Part shown: positions 27,680-38,574 of the stretch, one piece after another
How positions within the stretch are numbered: position 1 is the first letter of the stretch
Layout of the letters: the number at the start of each line of letters is the position of its first letter
From: Octopus bimaculoides
Taxonomy: Eukaryota
Reading direction: 5' to 3'
Length of the DNA stretch: 64,000 nt
Assembly: GCF_001194135.2 (NCBI RefSeq)
Contig: NC_068981.1
Coordinates: forward strand, 104,444,243 to 104,508,242
Translations under genes and position numbers: made by a program
Notes under the pieces: generated by a model
The model's input: the letters and a program-made list of their open reading frames with translations, nothing else
Told to the model about the DNA's origin: nothing
Database searches by the model: none

Positions 27680-29922
27680 TAATAATAATAACTACAAATT
27701 TTAGCACAAGGCCAGCAATTTCAGGGTAAGGGTAAGTCAATTGCATCAATCCCAGTGCTCAACTGATACTTATCTTATCAACCCCGAAAGGAGAAAAGGC
27801 AATATCGACCACAGCAGAACTTGAACTCAGAACATAATGATGGATGAAAGGTAAAGTCAACCACAGTAGATTTTGAATTCAGAACGTGAAGTTGAAGAGG
27901 AGTTCTAAAAAGATGAGGGGAGGAGTCAAAGATTTCATACAATTCAAAGTGAAAACAAGGCAAAAATTTACAAAAACACACAGAAATATATATATATATA
28001 TANNNNNNNNNNNNNNNNNNNNNNNNNNNNNNNNNNNNNNNNNNNNNNNNNNNNNNNNNNNNNNNNNNNNNNNNNNNNNNNNNNNNNNNNNNNNNNNNNN
28101 NNNNNNNNNNNNNNNNNNNNNNNNNNNNNNNNNNNNNNNNNNNNNNNNNNNNNNNNNNNNNNNNNNNNNNNNNNNNNNNNNNNNNNNNNNNNNNNNNNNN
28201 NNNNNNNNNNNNNNNNNNNNNNNNNNNNNNNNNNNNNNNNNNNNNNNNNNNNNNNNNNNNNNNNNNNNNNNNNNNNNNNNNNNNNNNNNNNNNNNNNNNN
28301 NNNNNNNNNNNNNNNNNNCATCAACTTCTTGTTGGCTTGACATCCACAGACTGGTTTCGGGATAGTTGCCACTTATCAATGTGGAGCAGCTGCAGAAGCA
28401 GGTTCATGTGTCATATAGCTAGCTAGAGGTGATCACCTCTCAGAGCTAATCAACAGCAGCATTCCTCCTATTTCTCTGGGCTGCCACATTAGTTTGGCAA
28501 TAAATATTGATACTCAGTACTGCTGCTGTAGCTCTCCTTTAGAGAGATTTAGAAATTATAACATTTCTATTTTTGAAAATCAGTGAATGTGTTTCACTGA
28601 AAACATATAAACAAAACCTTCGAACAGAGATCATCAGCGATCACTGCTGGACTCGGCTGCACCACATTGATAAGGGACAACTACCCCAAAACCAGGCTGT
28701 GGATGCCAAGCCAGCAAGGGGAAGTTGATGACCTTCCTTGTTCAAAGGTTTATGGATGCAGGTTCATGCATCATATAGCTAGCTAGAGGCGATTGCCTCT
28801 CAACAGCAACATTCGTCCTATTTCTATGGACAGCCACGTTAGTTTGGTAATAAATATTAATACTTAGTACTGCTGCTGTATCTCTCCTTTAGAGAGATTT
28901 AGAAATTATAACATTTATATATATATATATAGGGGTTAGATGTCCTATTATGGACATCTCTCTTATGTGTTTAAATGTACACTGTATGTATTTATATGAA
29001 TAATATATAGTCTATTGACTTGTTTTTTCTTCTTGCTAGACCACTGGTAGCAAAAAGAATTTCTAAATTTTTTTGCTACCCTAAGATTTATTAATATATA
29101 TGGGCACTCCATTGGTAAAGACAATGAGGTTCCCAGCTGATACAATAAATGGAACAGCTCACTAGTGAAATTAAAGTGCAAATGGCTGAGCACTCCACAG
29201 ATACGTGTACCCTTAATGTTGTTCTCAGGGAGATTCAGCATAACACAGAATGTGACAAGGCTGACCCTTTGAAATACAGGTACTACTCATTTTTGCCAGC
29301 TGAGTGGACTGGAGCCACGTGAAATAAAGTGTCTTGCCCAAGGGCACAACACATTGCCAGGAATTCAACTCCCGACCTTACGATCGTGAGCTGAATGCCC
29401 TAACCACTAATTTTAAACAGGAAAAATAAAATAATTTAAGGTTCTCTCCCATACATGTGTAAGAAACCCCAAGTTAAATCACACCTTTGACCAGGATTTC
29501 TTGCATTGGCATTTCATGCATCCAAATGAATTTAACATTTAAGAGCAAAAAAAGGAACAACAACAAATAACAATGAATGGAAATAGTCTCCATTAGAAGA
29601 GACATTCAAGGAACCCCACAGATTCAGAATTACTCTTACAACCAAGAATCAATGCTCTCTTTCAGTTGCACACCTGACTTTCAAGAGCATGCTGAATAAA
29701 AGCTGAAATAGCAAGATGAATGGCTTTACTTACATTCATATAAGATGCAAGGGCATTATTTTGATCATTACAAATGTTTTCAACAGCACATCTTCCTTTT
29801 TCTTCACTGCGGCATGCTAATATGACATCATGGCCTAAATAACACAGACGTTTAGCAACTTCAAATCCAAGACCACAATTAGCACCAGTCACTATGGCAA
29901 CTCTTCCAATGAGTTGAGCCAT
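16069..29922 (-). CDS. Six-exon classical SDR (retinol dehydrogenase 11/12/13/14-, DHRSX-, protochlorophyllide-reductase-like), 355 aa; span of spliced CDS
   Basis: Manual splicing gives one continuous ORF: 189+169+126+162+162+260=1068 nt. Motifs: TGANCGLG (TGxxxGxG), ACRS (basic residue, NADP(H) preference), [32 protein letters not shown] (YxxSK), CPGFVPKT. Orthology within the family cannot be assigned by eye. Confidence 0.93.
17760..18270 (+). mobile_element. Second RTE-type LINE family, C-terminal fragment in SDR intron 5
   Basis: [20 protein letters not shown] and [23 protein letters not shown]...KLRFKDTV motifs. Confidence 0.75.
19009..19170 (-). CDS. SDR coding exon 5 ([53 protein letters not shown]); not in the ORF track
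   Basis: Acceptor tttttttcag|GT, donor AAAG|gttaat; phase 1 to 1; 162 nt; restores PGFV and T..EGA family motifs. Confidence 0.92.
19518..19866. repeat. Fold-back/MITE-like element in SDR intron 4 (arms 19518-19640 / 19745-19866)
   Basis: Diverged reverse-complement arms of about 120 bp. Confidence 0.7.
21478..21639 (-). CDS. SDR coding exon 4 ([10 protein letters not shown]...AYKNSKLAN...NCLCP)
   Basis: Acceptor ttgtttttcag|GA, donor CCAG|gcaagg (GC); phase 1 to 1; 162 nt; YxxSK active site. Confidence 0.92.
22764..22889 (-). CDS. SDR coding exon 3 ([42 protein letters not shown]); not in the ORF track
   Basis: Acceptor ttcttgcag|GT, donor GACA|gtaagt; phase 1 to 1; 126 nt; completes NHLG-HFLLT and supplies the catalytic Ser strand. 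Confidence 0.93.
23340..23510 (+). mobile_element. tRNA-derived SINE, second family
   Basis: gcaggcatgg-tgtgtggt A-box and ggttcag B-box; copies at about 17040-17410, 34110-34240, 36560-36960, 46535-46710 (+), 6260-6400, 33560-33720, 50170-50290 (-). Confidence 0.75.
23975..24770 (+). mobile_element. RTE LINE 3' fragment (ORF end + 3' UTR + (GAT)n) in SDR intron 2
   Basis: [14 protein letters not shown]...[20 protein letters not shown]; same family as the 38.6-40.4 kb copy. Confidence 0.85.
25644..25812 (-). CDS. SDR coding exon 2 ([12 protein letters not shown]...NNAA...GTNHL)
   Basis: Acceptor tatttcag|CTT, donor TTAG|gtaatt; phase 0 to 1; 169 nt. Confidence 0.94.
25868..27890 (-). mobile_element. 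Head-to-tail array of about 9 SINE copies (full and partial) in SDR intron 1
   Basis: Repeated ggcacaaggcc...ccccagtgctcaactggtactta...gaactcagaac units separated by (AAT)n. Confidence 0.85.
28319..28915. repeat. Composite repeat with inverted (28319-28395 vs 28655-28730) and direct (28398-28570 vs 28758-28915) duplications
   Basis: Visible pairwise identity; starts at an N-gap and ends in a TA run. Confidence 0.7.
29734..29922 (-). CDS. SDR coding exon 1 ([19 protein letters not shown]...ALASYMN)
   Basis: Acceptor tttgtctttaacag directly before ATG at 29922; donor AAT|gtaagt at 29733; phase 0; Rossmann glycine motif. Confidence 0.93.
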
Positions 29923-29969
29923 CTGTTAAAGACAAATAATAATAACAATAATAATAAGGATGATGATGT

Positions 29970-30475
29970 TTTTTTTTTCTGATTTAGGCACAAGGCCAGT
30001 AATTTTGAGGGGAAAATGTTAGTCAATTAAAATCTACCACAGTACTTGGCTGGTACTTTATTTTATCAAGCCTAGAGGGTTGTAAAACAAAGTTGGCCTT
30101 GGCAAGATTTGAATGCAGAATATAAAGAGCTGGAATAAATCCTGAAAAGCAAATTTTTGACACTGTAATGATTCTGCCAGCTAATTAAAAATAATGATGA
30201 TGATGACGATGGTGGTGGTGGTGATGATGATAATAATAATAATAATAATAATAATAATCCTTTCTACTAAAGGCGCAATGCCTGAAATTTTGAGGGAGAG
30301 GTAAGCTGATTACGTCGACCCCAGTGTTTCACTGGTACTTAATTTATTGTTCCCGAAAGGATAAAAGCAAAGTTGACCTTGGTAGAATTTGAACTCAGAA
30401 CATAAAGACAGATGAAATGCTGCTAAGCATATCACCTGGTGTGCTAACGATTCTGGCTGCTCACCACCTTAATAA
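29970..30475 (-). mobile_element. Two SINE copies of the same family just upstream of coding exon 1
   Basis: Same consensus blocks as the array; further copies at about 18300-18500, 18760-18960, 42320-42500, 45330-45530. Confidence 0.8.
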
Positions 30476-31189
30476 TAATCATCATCATCATTGTTTAACG
30501 TCTGCTTTCCATGCTAGCAATCAATAATAATAATAATAATAACAATAATAATAATAATAAATGCAGATTAAGTAAAGATGGAGAAAATATTTGACAGTAA
30601 AATATTTATTATTACATGCATGTTGTCATCATCATCACAGGCAAAAATCTACAGTTAACCTTAATTTATACCATCTGGTTTGTCAAATCTCATAGAAGCC
30701 TATATCAACACATCTACTTGACTACATGCCAGCAAGGGAGCTTCTATGTAGTTGCTCAGCCTGCTAGAAATAGCAGCTGAATCTCCCTCAAATCACACCT
30801 TACTCACCTTACCATCTTAAGTACAGAAAAGATCCATTTGAATATGTAATCCTAAATATCATCAAAAGTTTGGATGGTTATGGCAGGAATGACTTTGCTC
30901 AGAGTATGTTTATTCAAAACTGACCTGGGGTTAAACAACAATTACATAGGCTCAATGTCTTAATATCTCTCAAAGTATTTAATCTAAAGTCATGATAAAA
31001 AAAAAGAAAATGCCTAATTCTTTTTTTTTTTTTACATGCAATAACCAATAACCATATTGTGAAAACATGTGGCCTAGTGGTCAGGGTGTTGCATTCATTA
31101 TCACAAGATTGTAGTCTCAATTCCTGGACCAGGTGATGTATTGTGTTCTTGAACAAAACACTTCAATTTTTTTATGGCCAGGTTCCAAC

Positions 31190-31620
31190 CCAAATCATAG
31201 CAACAAAATCCACCTGCCACTCTTCCTAGTCCACCATCACTGCTTTGAGGTCCTGGATACATTCCAGGTCAATGTCTGCAATCAAGTTGTCTATGTATGT
31301 GTGACAACATTTTCCTCTTCTTCCACTACAGGGTGGTGCACGCAATGACCAAACAGTTGCAGTCGTCATTGCTTGATTTTCTCGTTAACTTTTGGCAGGT
31401 CTCTATAAAGGAATTTGTTTGTCATATGTTGTCATATGCCAACATATGTTCCTGCTGAAAGGCCAAAATGGTGTGGTTTAATTTCATGTTGCTCCCATCT
31501 ACTCAGCTGCAAAATGAATAACCCTGCAAAGGACTGGTGTCTCATTCAAGGAAAATGTCATGGTCTTGCTCATTTATATATTGCTATGGAAACTGAGTAA
31601 CTGGCTCTTTGAATCCTAGG
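31190..31620 (-). mobile_element. Decayed RTE-like LINE C-terminal fragment
   Basis: RLQLFGHC...GRRG..HTYIDNL.AD....DLKAVMVD.EEW pattern with stops. Confidence 0.5.
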
Positions 31621-31899
31621 ACTCAAAACAGCACTTTACATTTTTTTCTAATAACCATATTTGTGAAATAATATTTTCTAGTGAATTATGCATTATTAGA
31701 ATGACAGTCTATATTTAATGACATCAAAAGGGGCCAACAGAAAAATCACAGGTGATACAGGGTAATGAAAATATAATGCTAGGTTTTTACTATAGTTTGA
31801 CATCTCCTTCACTAAGTGCCATAAAATAGTTTGCCCTTGTGATTAGGTTTCACTATTGAGAGAAACTGAAACTCATTGTAATTCCCTTCTCTATCTCCT

Positions 31900-32129
31900 T
31901 TAACCCTTTTGATACCAATCCACCCATGACTGCCCCTGCTTTTTTGACACAAGCTTTCTATATAAAGTCATCTGAATTAAAATTTCCCATTAAAATTCCA
32001 TGATAATTTATGCTACCATTAGCAGCTTAGTAATGACCAAGATATTTTAGTAAATTCTTTATTATTTTCAAAATTAATTGAAATAAAGAGGGTGTAGAGT
32101 CAATAGAAATATTGTAACAAAAGGGTTAA
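31900..32129. mobile_element. piggyBac-type MITE
   Basis: TTAA at both ends (31900-31903, 32126-32129); TIR cccttttgatac / cccttttgttac; related copy at 49601-49834. Confidence 0.75.
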
Positions 32130-33404
32130 GCTAATGTTAGAAATCAAATCATTTTCAAATTGCATAAATGTCACACCTCATTTCCTGTACTGACAAATCC
32201 ATGGTTTTCTTTCAATAGATAATAGGACTATAGTTGCTGTTTAGCCCCAGGTCATCCCTGATCAAGCACATTTATGATCAAAGCAGTTCTCTTAATTTTA
32301 GAGGTGACCAATCTTTGATTATAACAAACCACTTTCACTCAAGTCCATTTATTTGTTCAGTAGCAGTGGAATCTTTTTTTTTTTTTTTCATATAGAAGTT
32401 ACGCTGCAGCCAGCTTGCTTATTATACAGGATATTTGGCATAACTAGTTTGATATTCTCCAATTTTATAGGCTCATAACTTTATAAATAAGACATATTTT
32501 TAATGAAATTTTGCCAAGATACATTTTTTAAGTTGTAGATAACAACTATGAATTTGAAATAAAAAAAAAAAACAAAACATATTTTTGACTTTTTCTTTTT
32601 TTCTCAGAAAGAAAACATTTCCTGACCTTTTTATCCATTCAATAACTTGCCCATGATCATGGTACAACATAAAAAAATCAATGACATTATCCTGCTAGAT
32701 ATTATTCATTATCAACAAGACAGGGAATAAAATTTCAGTAAATATTGTCCAGTTCAATTGTAGCAGAGTAAAACTCGAGTTACTGTTTTTTTTTTATCAT
32801 GTGTTCCAATTACATCTTTGATCTTTTACTCGTTTTATTTGAACTGAGGCCTTTCTGGGATACTGCCTTGAAGTGTTTTAGTCAAATAAATTAACCCCAG
32901 TATTTATTTGTTTTTAACCCTTATGAAAGAGATGACAAAGGACCAAGATATGTGGTCCTCTGTCTGTACTTGAGAAGACCCACCCACCACAACAAAATTG
33001 AGATCCAAGAAAACCAAGGTGCCATGAAAAAGCATTGGTGTGGGTGCTGGTGCCATGTAAAAAGCACTGGTGCTGATGGTTTCACATAAAAAACACCCAG
33101 TACACTTTGTAGAATGGTGGGCATTAGGAAGGGCATCCAGCTACCGAAACCAAGCCAAAACATACTATGGAACCTGGTGCAGCCCCTAGCCTTGCCAATG
33201 CCTGTCAAGCCATCCAACCCATGTCAGCATGGAAAATGGATGTTAAATGATGATGAGAATGATGATGGTGGTGATGATTTATTTTTAAGCCTGGTACTTA
33301 TTCAATCAGTCTCTTTTAATAAACCACTAAAATATTGGGAGAGACAAACTAACACTGGTTGTCAAGCAGTGGTGGAAGACAAATATAAACACAAAGACAC
33401 ACAC

Positions 33405-33415
33405 ATGTGTGTGTG

Positions 33416-33510
<95 letters not shown>
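33405..33510. repeat. (GT)n microsatellite, the longest in the window
   Basis: Direct; many (TA)n, (CA)n, (TACA)n and (AAT)n runs elsewhere (e.g. 1-45, 5145-5212, 27640-27690, 52540-52815). Confidence 0.95.
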
Positions 33511-33513
<3 letters not shown>

Positions 33514-34254
33514 AGGTCCGTTCCTGTTCAGCTATTTTAGCCTCTTTCATCTTTCCTAGACATATGGGATGAGCTTTCAGTTTTCATGTACCAAACCCCC
33601 ATTCATGAAGCTTTGGGTTAACCTAGGGCATGAGAAGACACTTGCTCCTGGTGCAAAGCAGTAGGACAGAACCTGGAACTGTGAGACTGGAAAGCAAACT
33701 TGTCACCACACAGCCATGCTTGCACATTAACAATGAATAATATTAATCAAGATAACACTATAAATTTTGTTTATGCTGTATGGTGGTTACGAGAGCAGTC
33801 TTTTTGATATTAGTATCACATCTGTGAAATGACATCTACCATGTGTGACAGTAGAGGGAAGCACAAAGCTGGCAGCTTAGCCAGATATCTTGATATGCAA
33901 TTAGGAAATATATTTATTGTATATTTTTGTCTGCTATTACTGGGCAAGATGGGAACTTGTAATGGGGTTTAGAGTGATTGTTTTTGTTCATTGTTGTGGA
34001 TTTGACTGTGATTTTATTGTTGAAAATTTCACTGTGCTTTAACAATTGAATAAGGCACTTTTTGTTGTCTTATATTCAGATTGTATGTGTGTGTGTGTGT
34101 GTGTGTGTGTGGTAAGAAGTTTACTTCTCAGCCACATGGTTCCGGGTTCAGTTGCACTACATAGTACTTTGGGCAAGTACCTTCCACTATAGCCCAAGAC
34201 TGACCAAAGCCTTGTGAGCAGATTTAGTAGTCAGAAAATAGAATATAATATTAT

Positions 34255-34302
<48 letters not shown>

Positions 34303-37045
34303 AAGAGAGTTTGTGTGTGTGTATATATGTTCCTTATGGATTCGAAAACTGATTGGCCAATTTTGATGTATGAGGAATCAAAAGATTCAGTAATCTTTCG
34401 GTTACCAAATAAATTGTTTTGGGCACAACAACTCTTTATCACTACTAAAATAACCTTGGAAACATGATCAGGTCGCACAATTTTGAGGTCATTTTCGGAC
34501 AATATTTCAATTTGCTTCACTTTCATCCGATGTTTCATGCATGCATAGAATTCTACTCAGACAAACATTTATGAAAATGTACACATAAATATTGTTAAAA
34601 TACACCACAACCAAAAACATTTCATTGAAAAACATCCATTTATCTACATGGTATAAGGAAATACAATCACTCACTCTTACATGCACACATACACATAAAA
34701 AAGATGTATGCATACATATTTATGTACATGTATATGAAAGATGTGTGCTCATATGAAAGCGAGAGAGAGAGAGAACGAGTGAGTGCCACTTACACATATA
34801 TACAAAATAATGCATACATGACAACACACACCTTCACTCACTCACTCTCACTCTGTCCCATGCACACACACACACACATCCATTTCATATACACGAACAT
34901 GCATCTTTCACTTTCTGCTCTCACTTCAAAGCAAATGTTGCCTTTTCACTTTCTCCTCTCTTTCAATTTCTACTCCCTTCAAAGCATAAGGAAATAAAAA
35001 ATTTTTATGGAAATTAACAAACAATTATATGATCCCATATGATTGACCATATGATGAAGATGACAATGTTGCTGCTTCAAACGAAAGAATGCCATAAAAT
35101 AACTTCCTTTGGCACACACACTCTAGGTAAAACTTCTATATGAATTATGCTATTTCTTGCTGTGTGCACAAAATTACAGCTCAAATCCAATTGAAATGAC
35201 CACTTTCTATTCTGTAATTCATGTTTGTGATGAGCATATTTAAAAACCTGATCTTCAAATATAAACTTAAAAGGAAGTTTTCCCAGAAATCTTTTAGTAA
35301 TCCACGAAGAAAAAACTGAGAGTACAAATCTTTAAGAATTTATTCCTTCCTTTTTTCTTAAAGAAACACTAAAATCTCCTTCCCAAACATCCACCCATCA
35401 CTTCACCACTTTCAAAAGGCTACAAACTCCCAATGTTTCACTTTTAGCTTTTTGGAAAGCGGAGAAGTTTCTTCAGAAATAATGTCATTTACTTGTTGTT
35501 TCTAGCACATCANNNNNNNNNNNNNNNNNNNNNNNNNNNNNNNNNNNNNNNNNNNNNNNNNNNNNNNNNNNNNNNNNNNNNNNNNACTTAAAAAAAATAT
35601 ATATTTCTCAGATTTGTAATCTTTGTATTTTTCTACGTGGATTAAAAAAAAAAAATCAGAAAGAAGTTACAAATTAAGAAATTGCCGTGGGGACAGGGGA
35701 AATTTAAATTTTGAAAATGTGATTTCTGGGCAAAATTGTATTGACCCATCTTTTATACAATGAAACAATACATAGTCTGTGATCCCTAAGAACAGAAAGC
35801 ACGTTCATGCAAACCCATGCAAATTGTACCTTCACCCACTTCACTTTTAAACAAACAATAACTTCCATTATGCCAGTAATCCAGTTCACTATATATCAGC
35901 TGTGCCGATTCTGCCTATAAGAAAGGAACAAACAATACAATGTGGCTATAGTTCATAACAACCGGGCAACACCAAGATGCATTACTATTTTGTGTGTGTG
36001 TGTATTTACATATATATATATATATAAATATCTACAAAACATTTCACTTAATTTTTTTTCTCCAATTCAATTGCTTTTCTTATTTTACTCTTAGTTGGAA
36101 AAAGTCTAAAAAGATGGAAACCGGTACTAAAATGTACTTCATGATAAAATTATTTCAGCATTTTCTACCTTGTCTTATTTTCCTTATACATATCAACTCG
36201 TGTGTTACTTTTCTACCTTCTACATATATATATGTGTGTATGTGTGTGTGTGTGTGAGTTTTTGTCAACTGACATAAAGTAATAGATATGTAGTATGAAT
36301 GCTTTGTTAGGTTTACCACTAAAACTCTGTCTTGAACTACAGCTGAAAGGTGTAGTGTTGAGACTGACCATCGGAGCTTTTTCCTTGAACAGGTAGATAT
36401 AGATTAAAGTAAAAATGAAAAAGCAAAACGTTTGGCATCACTCAAATAGGACATTTAATTCAGATAGCAAATATAAACACACACACACATATACATTACC
36501 CCAGCCCTTATCTGTTAGGACGTACAAGCACTTTCACTCACACACAGCAGGAACTTCCATTCAGGTGCAGGCAGGTTATGTAGTAAGAAGTTTGCTTCCT
36601 AATCACATCGTTCCGGCTTCCGTTTCACTGCATAGCACTTTGGACAAGAGTCAGTGAAAGTAAAGAATACGCACACCCAGAGGTTAGGGTTAGGGTTTTT
36701 GTTATGCCGAAAACGGGCGGTGTATGTATTCTTTACCTCCGCCCAAAAGTCTTCTATTACAGCCTTGGGCCGACCAAAGCCTTGTGAGTTCGATTTAGTG
36801 GACAGAAACTGAAATAAGCCCGTCGTATGTATACCTATTTATGTATCTTTGTATCTGTGCCTGTTCCCCATCACCGCTTGACAACCTGTATTGGTGTGTT
36901 TAAGCGCCTCTAACATAGCGGTTCGGCAAAATAGACCGATAGAATATATACCAGGCTTTAAAAAATATAAGTACTGCGGTCAATTTATTCCATCCCCAAA
37001 TCCTTCAAGGCAGTGTCTCAGCATGGCCATAGTCTAAACAAAAGA

Positions 37046-37081
<36 letters not shown>

Positions 37082-37739
37082 TCACCGCTTCAAAACCGGT
37101 GTTGTTTTGTTTATGTCAATGTAAATTAGCGGTTCGGCAAAAACACCGATTAGAATAAGTACCAAGCTTAGAAAGGTCGATTTATTCGACTAAACCCTTC
37201 AAGGTGGTGCCCCAGCAAGGCTGCAGTCAAATGACTGAAACAATTAAAAGTGAAAAGATTCGGTCAGTCTTATTTTGACATGTGATGTAACAACAGAAGC
37301 ACGCAAATCTTTTATAAACAACAAACGTTAAAGTGCACATGACAGAATGCCAGAGTGTTTCTAAACTGAGTACCTCAGAAAGTTGCACCAGATTATTATA
37401 AAAAATTCATAAGAAATGACGTTAACATTTTAGGGTTTGCTATCTGTTTGATACAACTAAATCTCTTGTTACTATTTATTTACTCCCTCACTGACGTTAT
37501 TAAATTAGGTTGGTTACAGGTTAGAAATAGATTTGAACGCTCATACATATTTCGCACTACCGGTTACTGCATCTGTGTCAAATCAAATTTTTGCTATTTC
37601 ATCTTACAATTTTTTCATGAAGTAATGAACATTTCATTTGCAAAATATTGATGAATAAATCCAATATAACAGTTAAAAAAAACTCATTAGAATAACAATT
37701 AAAATATTTTAGAATTCTGCAACATGACAAGTCCGACAG

Positions 37740-37955
37740 GTGTTTATAATAATGGTTATAAATTTGCCAGAAGGGCAACCGTTTTGAGGGCGGAGATAGT
37801 CGATTCCATCGACCCAGTGTTCAACTGGTACTTATTTTATCGACCCCGAAAGGATGAAAAGCAAAGTCGACCAAGGCGGAATTTCAACTCAGAACGTAGC
37901 GGCAGACGAAATGCCGCTAAGTATTTCGCCAGGTGTGCTAACCATTCTGCCAGCT
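37740..37955 (-). mobile_element. SINE, CpG-intact copy
   Basis: Same family as the intron array with CpGs retained. Confidence 0.85.
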
Positions 37956-38048
37956 CTAAGAAATAAAACAAGGAGACGAGTCGTAAAGTTGAAAACGAGA
38001 AATTAATATAAAGTAACAAATCAGTGAACAAAATAACAGACAACTTAC

Positions 38049-38287
38049 ATTTTGATTTCCTTAGTAAACGTGAATAAATTTCCCTTGAAACGTCTAGTTG
38101 TCACTACTTGGTTGTGCTTTAGAGATGTAGTGGTCGTGCTTTTGATATTATGTAATGTGACTGTTTGACCTGCCACAAGAAGGAAAACACGATTACTTAT
38201 AGCCCGAGGAGAAAGAAGGGAGGTAACTCTCAGAGTTTTACGGGAGATAAATCTTATGAACATTTCTGTTAGAACGCCCAGTGGTAA
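38049..38287 (-). other. Candidate untranslated upstream exon of the SDR gene
   Basis: Consensus donor AAAAT|gtaagt at 38048; unique CpG-retaining sequence; possible acceptor cccctttccag at 38288 or a TSS nearby; the SDR ATG exon requires an upstream exon. Confidence 0.45.
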
Positions 38288-38574
38288 CTGGAAAGGGGCA
38301 CATTGTTGTCATGTTTTGTCCTTGTGTTAGAGGCTAATACATTTGTTTATTACTCTTTTATCTATCGGTAAATTATATTTTCAACATATAGTTTAACACC
38401 CGGTCACAAAGACACAAAACTAAGGTCTAATAGGCATAAAAAATGTGTAGAAAACGAATATCAAAACAAAAATTTGCGCAAACGAACGGGGAGTGGGGAG
38501 AGGACTTTCAGAAAATTCACACGCTCCAATTTTCCCTCATAGCTTTCAGGAAAATGGATATATATTAATGAAAT

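Larger units (their letters stand above)
36660..38500. promoter_or_regulatory. CpG-retaining island, likely SDR promoter region
   Basis: Visibly more CpG than flanks; SINE copies here keep their CpGs; contains the candidate upstream exon. Confidence 0.5.

Noticed and set aside
25868-27890. CRISPR-like appearance of the SINE array and the RTE 3' UTR units
   Set aside because: Eukaryotic context, long diverged units, no unique spacers and no cas genes
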